This document shows positions 40,226-54,049 of a DNA stretch of 64,000 bases, piece by piece. The stretch comes from Tubulanus polymorphus. Taxonomy: Eukaryota > Animalia > Nemertea. The stretch is from contig NC_134027.1 of NCBI RefSeq assembly GCF_964204645.1, positions 13,610,485 to 13,674,484 on the forward strand, written 5' to 3'. A program made the translations under genes and the position numbers. Under the pieces are notes generated by a model. It was given only the letters and a program-made list of their open reading frames with translations. It did no database searches and had not been told where the DNA came from. The first letter of the stretch is position 1; every line of letters starts with the position of its first letter.

Positions 40226-40470
40226 ATGCGTCGATCCTGGTCAGATGTGTTTCCGTTATCTTGATATCAATGGTCCATTACATATTGGAGGTGTACCAGT
40301 TTTCAGTCAAGATCCAAGATTACATTCACACAGTTTTGTTGGCTGTATAAAAGATTTCTATATCGATGGTATGCTGTTGGATTTTAATGAATATGTGGCT
40401 CAAAACATGACTACTGAGGGCTGTTTGAAGAGGAGCAACTTTTGTTCATCTAATCCATGCAAAAATCTAG
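40226..40470 (+). CDS. Celsr: Celsr exon (end of LamG1, EGF)
   Basis: CFRYLDINGPLHIGGVP..FVGCIKD..FCSSNPCKNL. Confidence 0.9.
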
Positions 40471-42576
40471 GTAAGCCAATGTTCTATAGTTTATATATTT
40501 TTAGTCATGTACCCTCTTCCATGAATAATGTCAACCTCGCCATTATTATAATCCATTTTATACTAGTTTCTTAGTGATAATCATAAATTTGATAAATTTG
40601 TCAGCACCAATAACCAGGTGATACTGTAGGAAATTGCTATCAGAAAATTGTAGGTGAAGCCAAAATCTTGAATTGCCACAACTTGACTGCGAAATGATAA
40701 CTTTTAGCAAAAGTTTTCTCAGACATTTCTAGTGAGAAGTAGTTCATAAACGAATTTCTATGATTCCACAATGCTTCATTTGTCATTCTCTGTGAAGATA
40801 CTTCACATGCATAACATTGGTTTTTAGTATACTGCATGGACCTTGAAAAATGATTGAAAAGCAACACTTCCCTGTGTACCAACCCAGTGCTCCAGAGTCC
40901 ATATTGCGTAGATTACGGGAAAAAATTTCGAAGATACGTGGTAAAAAACATTTTTTCAGTACACAGTACAGGAACGAAAAGAAGTTACGTGGCAATAAAT
41001 GAATTGTCAGTATATACAGTTACTGTTGTTCCTATTTGGGTCAGTTAATTTTTATCATTTCATAGATCGATGAAATTATGGGGGGGATGGTGAGGATGAT
41101 GGCATCTTGGGGATTGATTGGTATGACCATAAAAGTGTTTCCCGATCTATTTTTAAATCATTTTCATAAGCAGCATGTGTATACAAAAAAGTTTTATACT
41201 GTTGCCCGACCGTGTCTCTGTGGATATATGAATCTACATTATTGATTTTTCACCGAGTGTTGCTCGTGTAATGCACTATCTTCTATGGCATCTAAACGGC
41301 AAAAGACCCATTATCACTGATTTGCAGGCAAATTTTCCAATTATTATGCCCCGGCTCAACTTAAGTTGAGTGGGATATATAGATTTACCCGCATTTGAAT
41401 ATCCTGTCGCCGCCACCGCTGCCACAAGTGATGTTAACAGCTAAAAGGCTGCAGTTGTCGACCGATTTATTTCAAACTTGGTTCACAAGTAGGGTATAAC
41501 TTGGGTCACAACCTTATGTAAAATTGGGTCGATTTGATTCAAATTATGGCTACCAGGGGGCCTACATGAAAAACGACTTTAACGGCCTAAAGGCCAAAAT
41601 TGTTGACCGATTTATTTCCAACTTGGTACCCAAGTAAGGTATCACTTGGGACAGAATCCTATTTAAAATTGGGTTGATTCGATTCAAATTATGGCTGACA
41701 TGAAAAATGACATTAACGGCCTAAAGACCGTAATTGTTGACGGATTTGTTTGAAACTTGGGACACAACAAAGGCAGCAGTTGGAGCTGAACCATATTCAA
41801 AATTGGGTTGATTTGATTCAAATTATGGCCACTGTTTTAAAGCTTTGTACACGACTAGGGAGCGTCCAGAAATTATGCACCTCAAAATCTCCCGTTTTTC
41901 TGACCCCCTTGTACCACCTTTGTACCAAATTCACTGACCCCCTCATCGGTACATACCATGGTACCCATGACCCCCCATTCCCCAATTATATTGATGAAAA
42001 GAACACAAATCAAAACAAAATATAAAAAATATAGCCTACCTGATTCCAACAAGTGCGTGTAAGATCGATACCGATACCTGGTATGGGGAATTCCCAGCTG
42101 AAGTCTACTACAAGTCACTTGAACAAACTTAAAGCTGATAGAACACCAGTATCGGCTATTTTCATTTGAGTTTGGTGCTTCAAGTACGTACCAAGATTGA
42201 TTAATACCCCCCTCCCTCAAAGTACGTACTTTTTTGCTGACCATCTCCCCCATGTACCACTTTGTACCAAAATTCAGTAACCCCCTCCCCCAATTTGAGG
42301 TACATAACTTTTGGACGCTCCCCTAGGGTATCACTTTGGACACAACCTTGTTAAAAGTTGGGTTTTGATGCGGTTCGCATTATGGCCACCACGGGGGCGA
42401 CATGATAAACGACGTTAACAGTATAGAGGCCGCAATTAATGACCTATTTTCTTAAAACTTCAAACACGAGTAGGGCTTCACTTAGGGCAGAACCCTATTA
42501 AAGGTACGTCCAAATTATGGCCACCAGGGGAAAACAGCCTGCAGGCTGCAACTGTTGATCAATGTTATTATTATGT

Positions 42577-45225
42577 TTAGGCCAGCCGTAGGCTGAGCCT
42601 ATTACTATACAAATGGAGTGAATTTAAATGACATGGTTTCCAGAGGAAAGGCTCTTTGACTATGCCACTGAGCATATATTCATATTAACCATTCATTAAA
42701 GGATTATCCATTCTCCAAACCATATGAGCTTTTTCGCGAAAATCTGAACGCAAAGATATCTGTTTTAAAAAGCCGCAGAGATCAGCAGGTGTTCACGTGA
42801 ATCCGTGGTATCGTCTACCGTTTTACTTCCGGGCTTTATTTTAAGATTTGAAATTGTATTTTAAGAATGGTTTCTGTGAAATCTTTAGTTGATTTGGTTT
42901 TTGGGAGGAATATTTTATTTGCACTACAGAAAATATCATTGACAATTATGGAAAGTACATGAAAAATAGCTTTCTGGATATGCTAATTAGCCATGTGCTC
43001 AAACTGCAAATTCAATCAAATTTTATTCAGCAAAAAATATCAAATCCAATTCAATTTCACTTACTGAACAAATAAAACATCAAATCTAATTCAATTTTAT
43101 TTTACTGAGCACATTTCAGAAAATTCAATTTTGTCCTGCATTCAAATCAATAAGACCAAGGGAAAAGTGTGATTTATGTGAGGTATTTGTTCATGCCAGC
43201 TCCACTTGCAGTTTGTGGTACTTATGAAAACACAATTGTATTATGTAAAGGTATTGACTCTGAGCTGGGAGTGTATTTTGGCAAATATAACCCACAGAAT
43301 GCATCATTTGCCATTTTTAGCTCTTGAGGACCTAGAGAGCTTTTACGAGCGTGTCGGCATCGTGTCCTGTATGTTTGCCACAAACAAAAGCACACCATTT
43401 TCACAGTCATTGAATTAAGAAAGATCCGATTAATGGGGTTAAATCCGCTGCAAAAATAGATCTGGCAATTCAAGATTATTTCACATTATATTGGGTTGAA
43501 TGGTGATTGAAGTTGATCACAATGATATTAAGAAGATTTTTGAATAATATTTTATCAATAATTTGTTTTTTTGCTAAAATAATTATGGGAAAGCCATAGA
43601 ATGGCGTACGTTTCATTGGACTAGATGCCGTATACGTGCGAATTTCAAATGCTCATTGCTGGTGAGGATGTAATTATTTCACTCTTCCTCCATAGGTATA
43701 GTTTCATTTTAAAACCTGGTGATTGTTTTGATTGACATTGAGGTGTAAGCGAATATAACTTACACGAGGCCTCCAGCTGTGTGCGCAGAGTGCTACACGA
43801 CACACAAGCAAGCTCGTTCAGTACACTACTCAAGGTGATGCTGTAACGCGTGCACGTTTGACATGAAAATAGGCTGAAGCAGAAGATGAGCGCTGTGTTT
43901 TCTGTTCGATAGAATTTGTAATAAATTGTAATTTCTTGTGACCTGAAAATACTAAGCAGCAAAGTATAAGGTCTGTCGAGGTAAATTTCAGTATAACCCG
44001 ACTTCTAGGGTACCGAGAAGTGAAAACTTTTTTCTGGGATTCATTGAAATAAATTTTATTTTTGATAAAAACGGCCGACCGACCCACTGCCGACTATGAG
44101 CCATGGATGTTTGAATTCAAGTGTGCATCGTGTGAAAACATGCCTTGACATGTGACCTAGTTTAAGTTTTCCAGGAAACTGGCAGTGTTCCAATAAGCTG
44201 CCATTCATTCTAATAGTGACTATATCAAAACCGCGCACATATTCAATGTACTGTTTCATTTTTAACACAGAGATGACGCTCTGGACAATCTACGCTATTA
44301 GACAAATTTCCCGTGCACAACGTAGATGATTTTTTGCGATATTATATTCATGTAAAAAAGCCCAAAGGTGAAAAATCTGTTTATTTTGCCCAAAAATTGC
44401 AAAAAAAAAAAATTTCTACCTACCTACTGACTCATCCTTGTTGAAGTTGAGTCGGTGTTGCAGCAAACAGACAATTATTTTGGGATGGCCTTATTTGAAT
44501 ATTTTTTTCATTTTGTGAAACATATTTTTTGAAAATATAAAATAGTTTCCCTGCCGCGCCTACCTGTACCCTACAAAATTTTGGACGTGGACCGTAAACA
44601 AATGTATATCTTTGGTCTTATTTGACTACAAAATAATTCTTTAAGAAAGATAAAATACAATATAAACTTGTGGAACTTTGATGTGACGAACTAAAAAGAT
44701 TTTTCAGGCAATGCCCTTATTCCAAACAACCTCTAGCTTTCAAGGTAAACCATACTTTGCCCATGGGCAATTTATTTTAATGAATTAAACTTTATCATAG
44801 ATTTTCATTTTTATTATCCGTCCAATTATTATCAAAAAGTCCTTGAAAGTGATACACATTGGTCAGTCAATCTTTTTGTACTATAACAGGCCATAATCGA
44901 TCTGACGTATTTTTTCCTGCCACTGTCTGAGGTGCCCAGTCTTACCGTAGTGCCCGTAGACCCAGTTCCACAGTTCCGAGTTAGGATTTGACTCCCAGTT
45001 GAAACATTGAAAATGAACTGATTTTAACTCAGAGTTAGCTCTAACTCACAACTGTGGAACTGGATCCAGGGCAGTTGTTAAAGCAAACAGATACGCATAA
45101 TTAAAAGAGTAGTTGAATGAATAATGTGTATATGTTTTCATTGATATTATAAAAAACTGTGCCTCGAGGTCCTCTAGTATGAAAAGCTGACAGGCTGGCC
45201 ATAGTGTCCCTTGGGGGCTCTGGTT
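42577..45225 (+). mobile_element. Helentron-like family A, copy 3
   Basis: 42577-43310 aligns with 27105-27950; 3' end GCTGACAGGCTGGCCATAGTG at 45187. Confidence 0.65.
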
Positions 45226-45302
45226 TACGCTTTGTACACATGTTGTCTAATATCAGTCTTATAGAAATAATTGTGGCCTCAATATTTCTAACGCAATGAT
45301 GA

Positions 45303-45348
45303 TTATTCCTGAAGATGACTATTAGGATATAGTCGAAACGTTGAATAA
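45303..45348 (+). ncRNA. Minimal type I hammerhead ribozyme (Penelope-like element type)
   Basis: Stem I TTATTC/GAATAA, core CTGAAGA, stem II GACTAT/ATAGTC, GAAA, palindromic stem III ACGT, cleavage triplet GUU. Confidence 0.75.
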
Positions 45349-45637
45349 ACTACTATCTCGAAGTTTCATTTTCGGACTTTTTATTATCATTGTGGGATTC
45401 TCTCCTCATCGCGTCAACACGGATATTGTGTTTTACCTATCGTGATTTACCACAAATCCTGTAACTTCAAGTGTGGCAATGAATTTCAGGCCAGGGGTAT
45501 TGTAAGCTTTGCCTTATGCTACCTATTTTCAAAGGTTTGTACATTAATGATGCTGCTAGTCAGAAAACCCAGTATTGCTGCTTTGCAGCTATTTTTGATG
45601 GAGTTATCTTAGAGTAGAACTGGTTTCTATCTTTCAG

Positions 45638-45712
45638 GTGAATGTTTAAACGTTTTTGGAACATTTAAGTGCAAATGCTCTAAAGGATTTGGTGGTCATG
45701 ACTGCTCTATTG
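45638..45712 (+). CDS. Celsr: Celsr exon (EGF)
   Basis: GECLNVFGTFKCKCSKGFGGHDCSI; 75 nt, phase 1-1. Confidence 0.88.
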
Positions 45713-46489
45713 GTATGTACATATAAGATTGGATCATCCATAACTGAAAACTGTTGCATTTGATTTTTAACAGGGAGAACAGGAACAAGTCTATTACCCC
45801 CTATTTGGCTATAGCATTCAATTTTCTGTAATGTCTGTAATGGTATCTTGTGAGGGTTTTTCGGCTTCTTGGTCAGGTATATAATAGTCATTAAATTGAC
45901 AAGTTACTCGGGCATTTGCTCGGCCGAGCATAATTGAAGAAATTTTAAAAAGTTGTTTACTCGGCCGAGTGACTGATCCAATTTCGCTATGTCACTCGAC
46001 CGAGTAATTGTAATCTACTCACCAAGAGTTAGAATATATTTTGCGCTATACACGGTACATGGGAAAAACCCATATATTTCGTGACAAAATCAATGATACG
46101 ATACAATATTGCGATGTACTACGTTTTGCGTTTTTTTAATGATTTGACGTGACCTATATTTGCCGTTATAACGCCACCAAAAAAGAAAACGTGAGCAATA
46201 CAAGACTCCTAGTATTTATTCTGAAAACTTTTTAAGAAAACGCAGTGCTAACGGTTAGACAGTATCGGTTTTGATAACAGCCAGCCGCAAAATAGGTCTA
46301 CTGGCGCAACGTTTTTAAAGCTTTATTTTCATACAATCGTGACCCTCTCGTGACTGGTTCAGTTCAGTTCAAATAAACGGAATATGGCTTTTAATTATTT
46401 CTATCTTTTCTAAAGAATGGGTCGTATAAATGTCAAGCTTCTTATTTTGCGTGGCCTTTTATTCACTTAAATTTAAATTCTCTGCCTAG

Positions 46490-46734
46490 TGATGACGCCA
46501 GAGTCTTGCTCACGAAATTAGTGTATTTGAGCAAAGTTGTTAGTGGAATGCGTTCTACCAACCAACACTGGGTAGATGAATCATGTTGTTTTCAGTGGTG
46601 GCCTGAAAACCTGCCGTGGAAGAATCCCCGATGTGATATTCGTCCCGTGGAGGCGCGCTTCGATCCTTACACAGATGTTGTAAAGAGATTTTGCAGATTG
46701 GCGTATGTTTTTCATAGATGTGAAAACTTGACAG
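46490..46734 (+). CDS. Exon encoding an NRF1/erect-wing-like DNA-binding domain segment inside the TIR element
   Basis: AG/GT-bounded open exon: ARVLLTKLVYLS..WVDESCCFQWWPENLPWKNPRCDIRPVEARFDPYTDVVKRFCRLAYVFHRCENL. Confidence 0.62.
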
Positions 46735-47997
46735 GTACGCAAAAATAAATGTTATTCTAATTTCTAATTTGAACTTGCTATCAAAATTGTTCGAAAGCAA
46801 AAATCAAACAATTAAGAGTATAATGCAACTGGAAAAATGTCCCATAAGGTAGAAAAAATGCCCTAGTCTATCATTACTAATTTAGTAAATTTCCCATAAA
46901 AACATCAAAGAACAAACTTGGAATTGTGTAAATAAATTGCACACTAACCTTAAAAAAGAATTCATTAGGTGACCGTGAGAATTATAGGCCTAGAATTTTG
47001 GGCATTAATTAATTTTGCCTTTTGAGAACTCATTCGAACTCATGCATGATACATCAAATTTGAGAAGATTTTAATTTAGTAATAGAAATGATTAAATCAA
47101 ACAAGAGCCATTATTTGTTATCAAATTTTACGGATTTTCTGGAAATTTTAGCTACTGATTTGAGATAATAAAACTTATGGCTTGCGTCTTTTCTTTTTTT
47201 GAGAGAATTTATCTTTGTTGTTATAAAGAAAATCCTTTCAAACAAAAACCCATATGGTTTCACCGTATTTTCATAAGGCCTGTGGCTTATTGTGTATGGC
47301 TTATGTTCTGGCAGTATTGTTTCGTCTTTCAACATCTGTTTATTAGTGGGAACAAGCAGTGTCCTTAACGCTTATGTAATTGATATAAATAGTCTACACA
47401 CAGACACATTGCAACAGGGAATCCTGTGATCAATAGGCGCATAAGGCTATTATTACAAGCGTGCTGTATTGTAACTCAGCGGAGATGAGTCGCGCGTATT
47501 CTAACTTATAAATGTTTAAATTACGAGTATAATAATAATATATACCTACCTACCTACCTACCCATTTTGGTGATTGCCCCGCCTGAGAAACATTTTTTCT
47601 TATGTGGCCTTACATGTAATTAATGAAAAAGCCTTATTGTTCTAATTATACATGTACTTTAATTGTGAATGTCAATGTGAATACCATATCAATTTCAGAT
47701 TTAGTTGTCTCGGCACTCCACTCTACTGAAATGTCAGAAGAAGGAGGCAATAAGACGTATGTCTTGGAAGAAGATGGAGAGGACAGAGGAAGAGGAAATT
47801 GACTGAAAAAATGCAGGATTACAACCAGAAGAAAAAACGTATTCACTAAACCAGATTAACCATATTATTATTAATCATATTACGTGTACTACAAATGTAT
47901 TATAATCATTGTAAAATTTATTCACTTAGTGTATGTGTACATACATTATGTTTATATTTTAGTAAAATTCAATTCATAGATTCAGATATCAAATTTA

Positions 47998-49160
47998 TTA
48001 TACATTCGTTCTTTTATCTCGGTTTTTTATTGCGAGGAACAAAGCAATGTGCCGCATAAAGTTCTCAGGCTTAATATATGCTAACTGTGATTTCAGGCGA
48101 ACCAAGCCACCATTTGCTTGTTTGTTGTCTTGGCTGTTGATATTTATGACATCCAACTTCGCTTTGTATAAGTCAAGAGAGTATCCATCGCAGCACCTGT
48201 AATTACAGTAGATAAAACATATTAAAAATGTATCTAAGAAAGATGATTCACTCATGAATAAGTTTCGTATGGACAATTTGTCAACTGAAGTGAAAACACT
48301 TACCTATTCAAACAGTACTGATGAAGTTTACAAGCATTGTCGTACACGATAAGGTTAGGAGGTTTCGAAAACCTTTTCTTGAAGATGCTGAATGGATGAT
48401 TCGGCGATTCGTGACTTTCCATAACCTGAAAATGATAAATATTTTTCATCTTTAAAAATCTATTCCCATCCGACACTAGATTACTCAATTTCTAAGGTTT
48501 TTCTTACCTGAAATCCGTAATTAATACCATGAAGACAAAACACTGTAAATATTCCTGGAGTCAGGACTCTGTGACACTTCAAATATTTTTGACACCTGTC
48601 TCTTTCACTCTCCCTACAATTACTTCTAGCTTTGTGTGTTGTATCCATTTTGTATGACGCATCTCTGAAATATTTATGAGCAACTGTATTAAAAACAACC
48701 CATTTCATGTAATTCTATAACTGAAATGAAGAATTACTTACTTACATAGCGATAAAATATTTACAGATTCAGTTCCATTGCTTTCTTCCTATTCATCCGG
48801 ATTGACAGCACTTGGTAATAATATTTTAACTGCTTTGCAGTGTATACAGTAAGCATCGGATTGCTTTCCATAAAATGACTTCACAGGTTCACTTAGACTC
48901 GTTGATAACGCCCGAAGATGAAGCTTGTTACTCTCTCCAATAAAACAGGTACACGTCAGTAACGAGCAGGATTCATCCATATGTGTGAATCTGAATTCTT
49001 TCCTAACTACACAATGTTGAGAACTTTTATAATCCGCCAATACAAAAGCATTATTTGAAATCATCCAGAATTTCTCACTTCTTTGAAAATCCTGCATATA
49101 ATTGTATTCCAGTTTAATTACGATACTGAGGAAAGACGATGAACAAACATCTCTGAAAAG
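47998..49160 (-). pseudogene. Spliced KDZ (Kyakuja-Dileera-Zisupton) transposase, partial and degraded
   Basis: TPGIFTVFCLHGINYGFQ|VMESHESPNHPF..RF..PNLIVYDNACKLHQYCLNR|..CCDGYSLDLY..INSQDNKQAN..LKSQLAYIKPENFMRH, pieces separated by short GT-AG introns. Confidence 0.78.
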
Positions 49161-50891
49161 TCAAAAAAAAAGCTTTTTACTACAGTAGTCCAAACAAAAA
49201 AGCTTATGGTTGTAGGCCTATGCGAAATGTCACAGAATTGTAAGGTACATTTTTGTAACCTGCATTAATGTTAATTTTTCTTTCATCCTTATTGGTACAA
49301 ATTTCGTATATCACCTTTTGTATCATCATCCACAACCATGTAAGATTTTATGATGAATAAACATTGATAGATTTTAAAATAGCCCACTACTGAGTGCTCG
49401 GATGATAATTCTGACCGAGCATTCGTTTATTATTCTCACAATACATGACCCAATATAAACAGAACCGAATCATGGGAGTTACTTCAGTTCATGGGAGATA
49501 GTGCAGAGTGAAGGGGTCACAAGCTTACATCGTAGCAGATTTCGAATTTGATCAAACTTATCAAGTAAGTTATGATAATTAGGATTAGGAAAACCTACGA
49601 TGTATTGTAATACTAGTAGGCCTGTTGTTATTTATTGTTGGTTACTTACTGCAACATGGTCTGGAGATTTTCCTCCGGTCGTGGAGTAGATGAGTTTTTT
49701 AATCCCGGCGCTCTTGTATTATTTGATTTTGAAGCACATGATGAAGTTCTGCCGTTTCGACGGTGTTACAGTTGATGAGATCGTACTTTTTCGTTTTTCA
49801 CGTTTCTTACAAGGAACTATATTAGCGTTGCGTGCTTGGCGAGGCATTCTCAATCAATTATCTTGAAGCGAGCGCGACAGTGGCCGTGCGTGAGGAATAC
49901 GGACCGGACCAAATTCAATTTAATTTTATTTTGTGAACCGATTAGGTGGCACCCACAGACATTTTATGAACTAATTGTTTGCTCGACTGAGAGGGTAAGA
50001 ACGAAGTTTACTGATATCTTGGCCGAGTGTGACTGCAGAATTTAATCAGTCACTTGGCCGAGTAGATTGGCGAATTCTTACGTTTGCTCAGCTTTTACTA
50101 AGATCAGCCGAGTGAATTGTCAAATTCGAACAATCACTCAGCCGAGTAAACAACTTTCTGATATAATGCTCGGCCGAGCATATGCCGGAATAACTTGTCA
50201 ATTAGGACCATATTCTTTGTAGAATACCTTAATTTTTTCCTGTGTATTAACATTTAATTCTGTAGATGATTATTGTTATCAGCATTGGTTGCTTCATGCC
50301 AGTGCAAGTAAAAGGGATCGAAAGTCCATAGTAAAAAAAGCGATGTTTCTCATTTTCATTGAAAATTCAGATTGAAAGTCTTTTCAGGTAAAATATTAGA
50401 TGCAGCCAAAAATTACTCAAACATTACGTTTCGATTATTCTCCACAACATAGCGTTGCCAAATTTTGAAGTTTTTTTATCACATTTTTGCTTGTTAGTTA
50501 TGTGGTATGTGAGAAGGAGTTAAGCAATCGTGTAGTGGTACATTCCTACTCATATTGCAGAAGGAATGAAAAGAATAGACTTTTCTATATCACTAACTGA
50601 TTTCCGATGTTTGAAGCAGGATAACTTTCAAAATTTTATGAATATTTCATTGAAATGGGAGTGGTTGTCATAGATCCCACAAGCTCTCTTGGAAAGCGCT
50701 GCGAACAAACCATATTCCATGACTGGTTAAATAAGATATATGCAAGTAATCTAGTCTTCTATATGTAACGCACTTGCCGGAATGTTATTGTCCAACGTGC
50801 GCCGTGGGAACAAAAAAAAGTAAATAAGAAATCCTCGCTAGCTACCACAAACCAACTGAACCACAATTAACAATAAATTGAAATATGATTA

Positions 50892-51278
50892 GGCCAAACA
50901 AAATATGTATTCTGTTTCTGGTCAGCGCGCATCGATCTAGAATCCCCGCATCAAAATTTTTTTTCGTAAACAGAAATCGGCTCTGAAATTCGCGCTAGCG
51001 CCAACAAGTCGCTGATGTCGTCAAACGCAGAAGTAAAACGCGGAAGTTTAGTCCATCTATCTATTCATTGCTACTGTCTGATTGTGAATGAAAACCGAAA
51101 GCATGTTGATATCGATGTCAATTTTAAAAGGGCCGGCTACTATATGTCCGTTCGGACTTGTTCCTGTCGACTAATCCATCACACTCGATAGTCAAATGTA
51201 GGAACATTTAAAAAAAAGATACCGCATCATTTTCTGCAGAAGGGCCTGACCAGAAACAGAATATATATTTTTTTGGCC
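50892..51278. mobile_element. PIF/Harbinger-like MITE
   Basis: TIR GGCCAAA..TATTCTGTTTCTGGTCAG / CTGACCAGAAACAGAATA..TTTGGCC, TTA on both sides; partial copies at 55223-55492 and ~62907-63221. Confidence 0.8.
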
Positions 51279-52023
51279 TTACGCAGTTTATTCATGCAGC
51301 AATAGAATAAATCTTCATGTAGCTTGGTGTGAATTACTCTTAGAATCAAAAGCAAATACTAATCAATTTTGATTTTAACTATCAAACCTAAATTCAAGAA
51401 AACACTAACCAACCACAACCTAATCAAATTTCAAATGAAACAAATATAACAACAACAATGCTTATCTACTCTGTGTATATGTGTATCAATTATGCACTAC
51501 AAATAATCATTAACTTATCAGTCCCGTATTTGAAATCTGTGTAGAAATGAGGTCTCATAGATAGTTACCAAACGTCTTTGGCAAAATTATAAATAAGTTC
51601 CTGCGAAACAGAGTGAAATATTGGAAACGTCCAGTTCCAATATTTCTATCGAACGAACTCAATGAGTTTGCCACGATTTCTGCTTTGATGAATCGCCAAA
51701 TACTAACAGTTAACTTCAAATGTGATCATCCAGCAAAAGTTCTGATAAATCTCTTGATTCCAGGAGTGGAGAAATTATATGAAATTTCTCAAATTCTCTG
51801 TTTTCAGAACCAGTTTCCTCACAGCAATAATTTAGCTCATTCCTTAATTTAAATATAAATCCGCGGAGGATAAACTGCTTAATTTGGGGCTAAAAATGTT
51901 AGATAAATACTTGTATTCCTTGGAAACTTCGAAAAAATAGTTCCAAGGAAAATAGTCCCGTTCGAAATCATGAAATGGCATATTAGTCTAGCAAAAACTA
52001 GTTATTGAGGCCTAGTCTAGCTA

Positions 52024-52770
52024 TTGAACCCACTTGTACTATTACAGAAGAGAGCTGTAAGATTAATTTCTCATTCAAATTACCTAGCACATACAGATCC
52101 CATATTCAAACGTTTAAAAATCTTGAAACTCCGCGATATTAATGACTTACAATTAGCTGTTTTCGTTTATAAATTTGCCAATTCCTTACTACCTGCATCT
52201 TTCAACGGTTATTGGAGATCAAAATTCCAAATACACCGACGTAATACTAGGAAAAAGTTCGATTTAGAAATTGATAAATTCAAAACCCTAAAACGAAAAT
52301 TTTTGGTCAAATTGTCCAATTGGTCAATTGCACCAATCCTCTGGAATAAGCTACCAAATTCGCTTAAAGAAAAACCTAGTATTAATTCGTTTCGTCTTAG
52401 CTATAAAAAACTGAAGTTTTCCTTATAAAGCTATTTTGTGAGCTGTTCAGATGCTCCAATTATTCCTAATTCATCTATTTCTGTGTGGTGTGTTATTATG
52501 AACATGTGATCGAGTGTGTGAGGGGTATGTGTGTTTCCGCGTGTATGCGTACGTCTGAGTGTGGTATGAATGTAAGGGGCCTTGCATACATAAGCATTTT
52601 TTTGCTTCTCCAAGACCCTGCCCTTTTATTACAACATGAATATCACGTATAGACTAGACCTTAACACTAGTCTATGCGCCCATGATGACACTTATATATA
52701 ACAGTACCCTTGTATTCTTTTATATAACTTTGTATGCATAATCGTGTTATAATTCGAGGGAAAATAAAAG
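52024..52770 (+). mobile_element. LINE 3' end fragment (second copy 56238-56984)
   Basis: LLQKRAVRLIS..AHTDPIFKRLKILKLRDI..APILWNKLP..SFR, typical CR1/L2 ORF2 C-terminus, then 3' UTR with AATAAA. Confidence 0.8.
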
Positions 52771-54049
52771 GTATTAATCGGCAAATATTGCCCAAAAATC
52801 TCAAACTATCAACAGTCCATTCGCCAATAGACCAAATGATAATCAGATTATTCCTAAATATCAGTTAACTAAGATTTTCCTCAGAATTTCTGAAACTACC
52901 AAAAAGATTACCAAATAAGGATATATCATGTGATCAAATGATAATCACTAAAATGAACATTAATCTGGTGATGAAATTCAACTACGCATTGAAAAAGATA
53001 GAAACATCAACTTGGAACGTCTCAAAAAAGTGGTGAAGCTTCTTCCCAATCATGGGAAAAAGTAGGGATTTTTGACAGTGTTTAAGTGAAGCAAATGATT
53101 TCATTGACATGGTCACAAAATCCCTCAAAACTGAAAGAGTATGATCATAAATCATCGAAATTGAATAGATTCTATCATGAATACCTTAATAACGATCTAA
53201 AATACAGATGTGTTTGGCAGTAGTTAAAATTGTATAAAGCAATGCGTTGTTGATATTGTAGGCCTTGAGGAGTCATCGGAATCTCGTCGAAATTTGACAT
53301 TAATCGCTAAATCAAACAGTCTGTCGGTCAGCACTAATTAAAAAAAGGGGAATTGAAAGAAATTGAAGCCAGAATCAATGCTCAGTCGGATCATATAAAG
53401 AATATGTGAACAATTTGACTGTTTAACAGATGCATTTTTCACATGTTCTTCATATGTTGTTTCTGTCTCTCTCAATGCATCGATTTCCCATCTTCTTGTT
53501 GGATTTGTTACATTTGCTGTAATTAACCTCATCACTTCCGCAGATAATGTAACGTACCTCACCAGAATTCAAACCCTATGGCATCAATCAATTCAAATAA
53601 GAATGGTATTAGAGGCTGTTAAAGTTACTAATCCTCCATCTATGTGTAAAAATTGGAACTAAATTGAGGCAGACTATAGGAAGCCTATAGTACGGTTACA
53701 CACCAGGGGTGTAATGGCTCACCACACCAGCAATTGTAGTAAACATATATATTTGCGACGTAAATATATGTCACAAGTGGTTAAAACATTTCTAAAAATT
53801 ACATTAGAGTTGAGGTGAGTTCTGTTTTGTCATGGATATTTCAGAATTTTTACCTTGAATGTCCTTGAAAGGTCCGGGAGTTTAACTTCTTACCAAGTGT
53901 ATGAACCCTGCCACAGACTGCAGTGGATTGAAGCAGCCAACTGGTTCCTTTAGCGTTTCAGCAGAGAAAATTGCAATCCTGACGGGTATGCTTGGGTTTT
54001 GGGAATTCTGTCAGAGGGTTATTTCATTCGGGCCCCACTGCAGCACTCG

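Larger units (their letters stand above)
41344..45522 (+). mobile_element. Helentron-like family B, copy 2, with internal tandem core repeats and nested insertions
   Basis: Same ends as 39715-40156; repeated TTCAAATTATGGCCACCAGGGG cores; holds MITE 41857-42323, family A copy 42577-45225 and hammerhead insert. Confidence 0.6.
45885..50210. mobile_element. TIR DNA transposon with KDZ transposase remnants
   Basis: Imperfect ~45-bp TIR AATTGACAAGTTA..GCTCGGCCGAGCAT at both ends and subterminal CTCGGCCGAG repeats; TSD not resolved. Confidence 0.75.
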
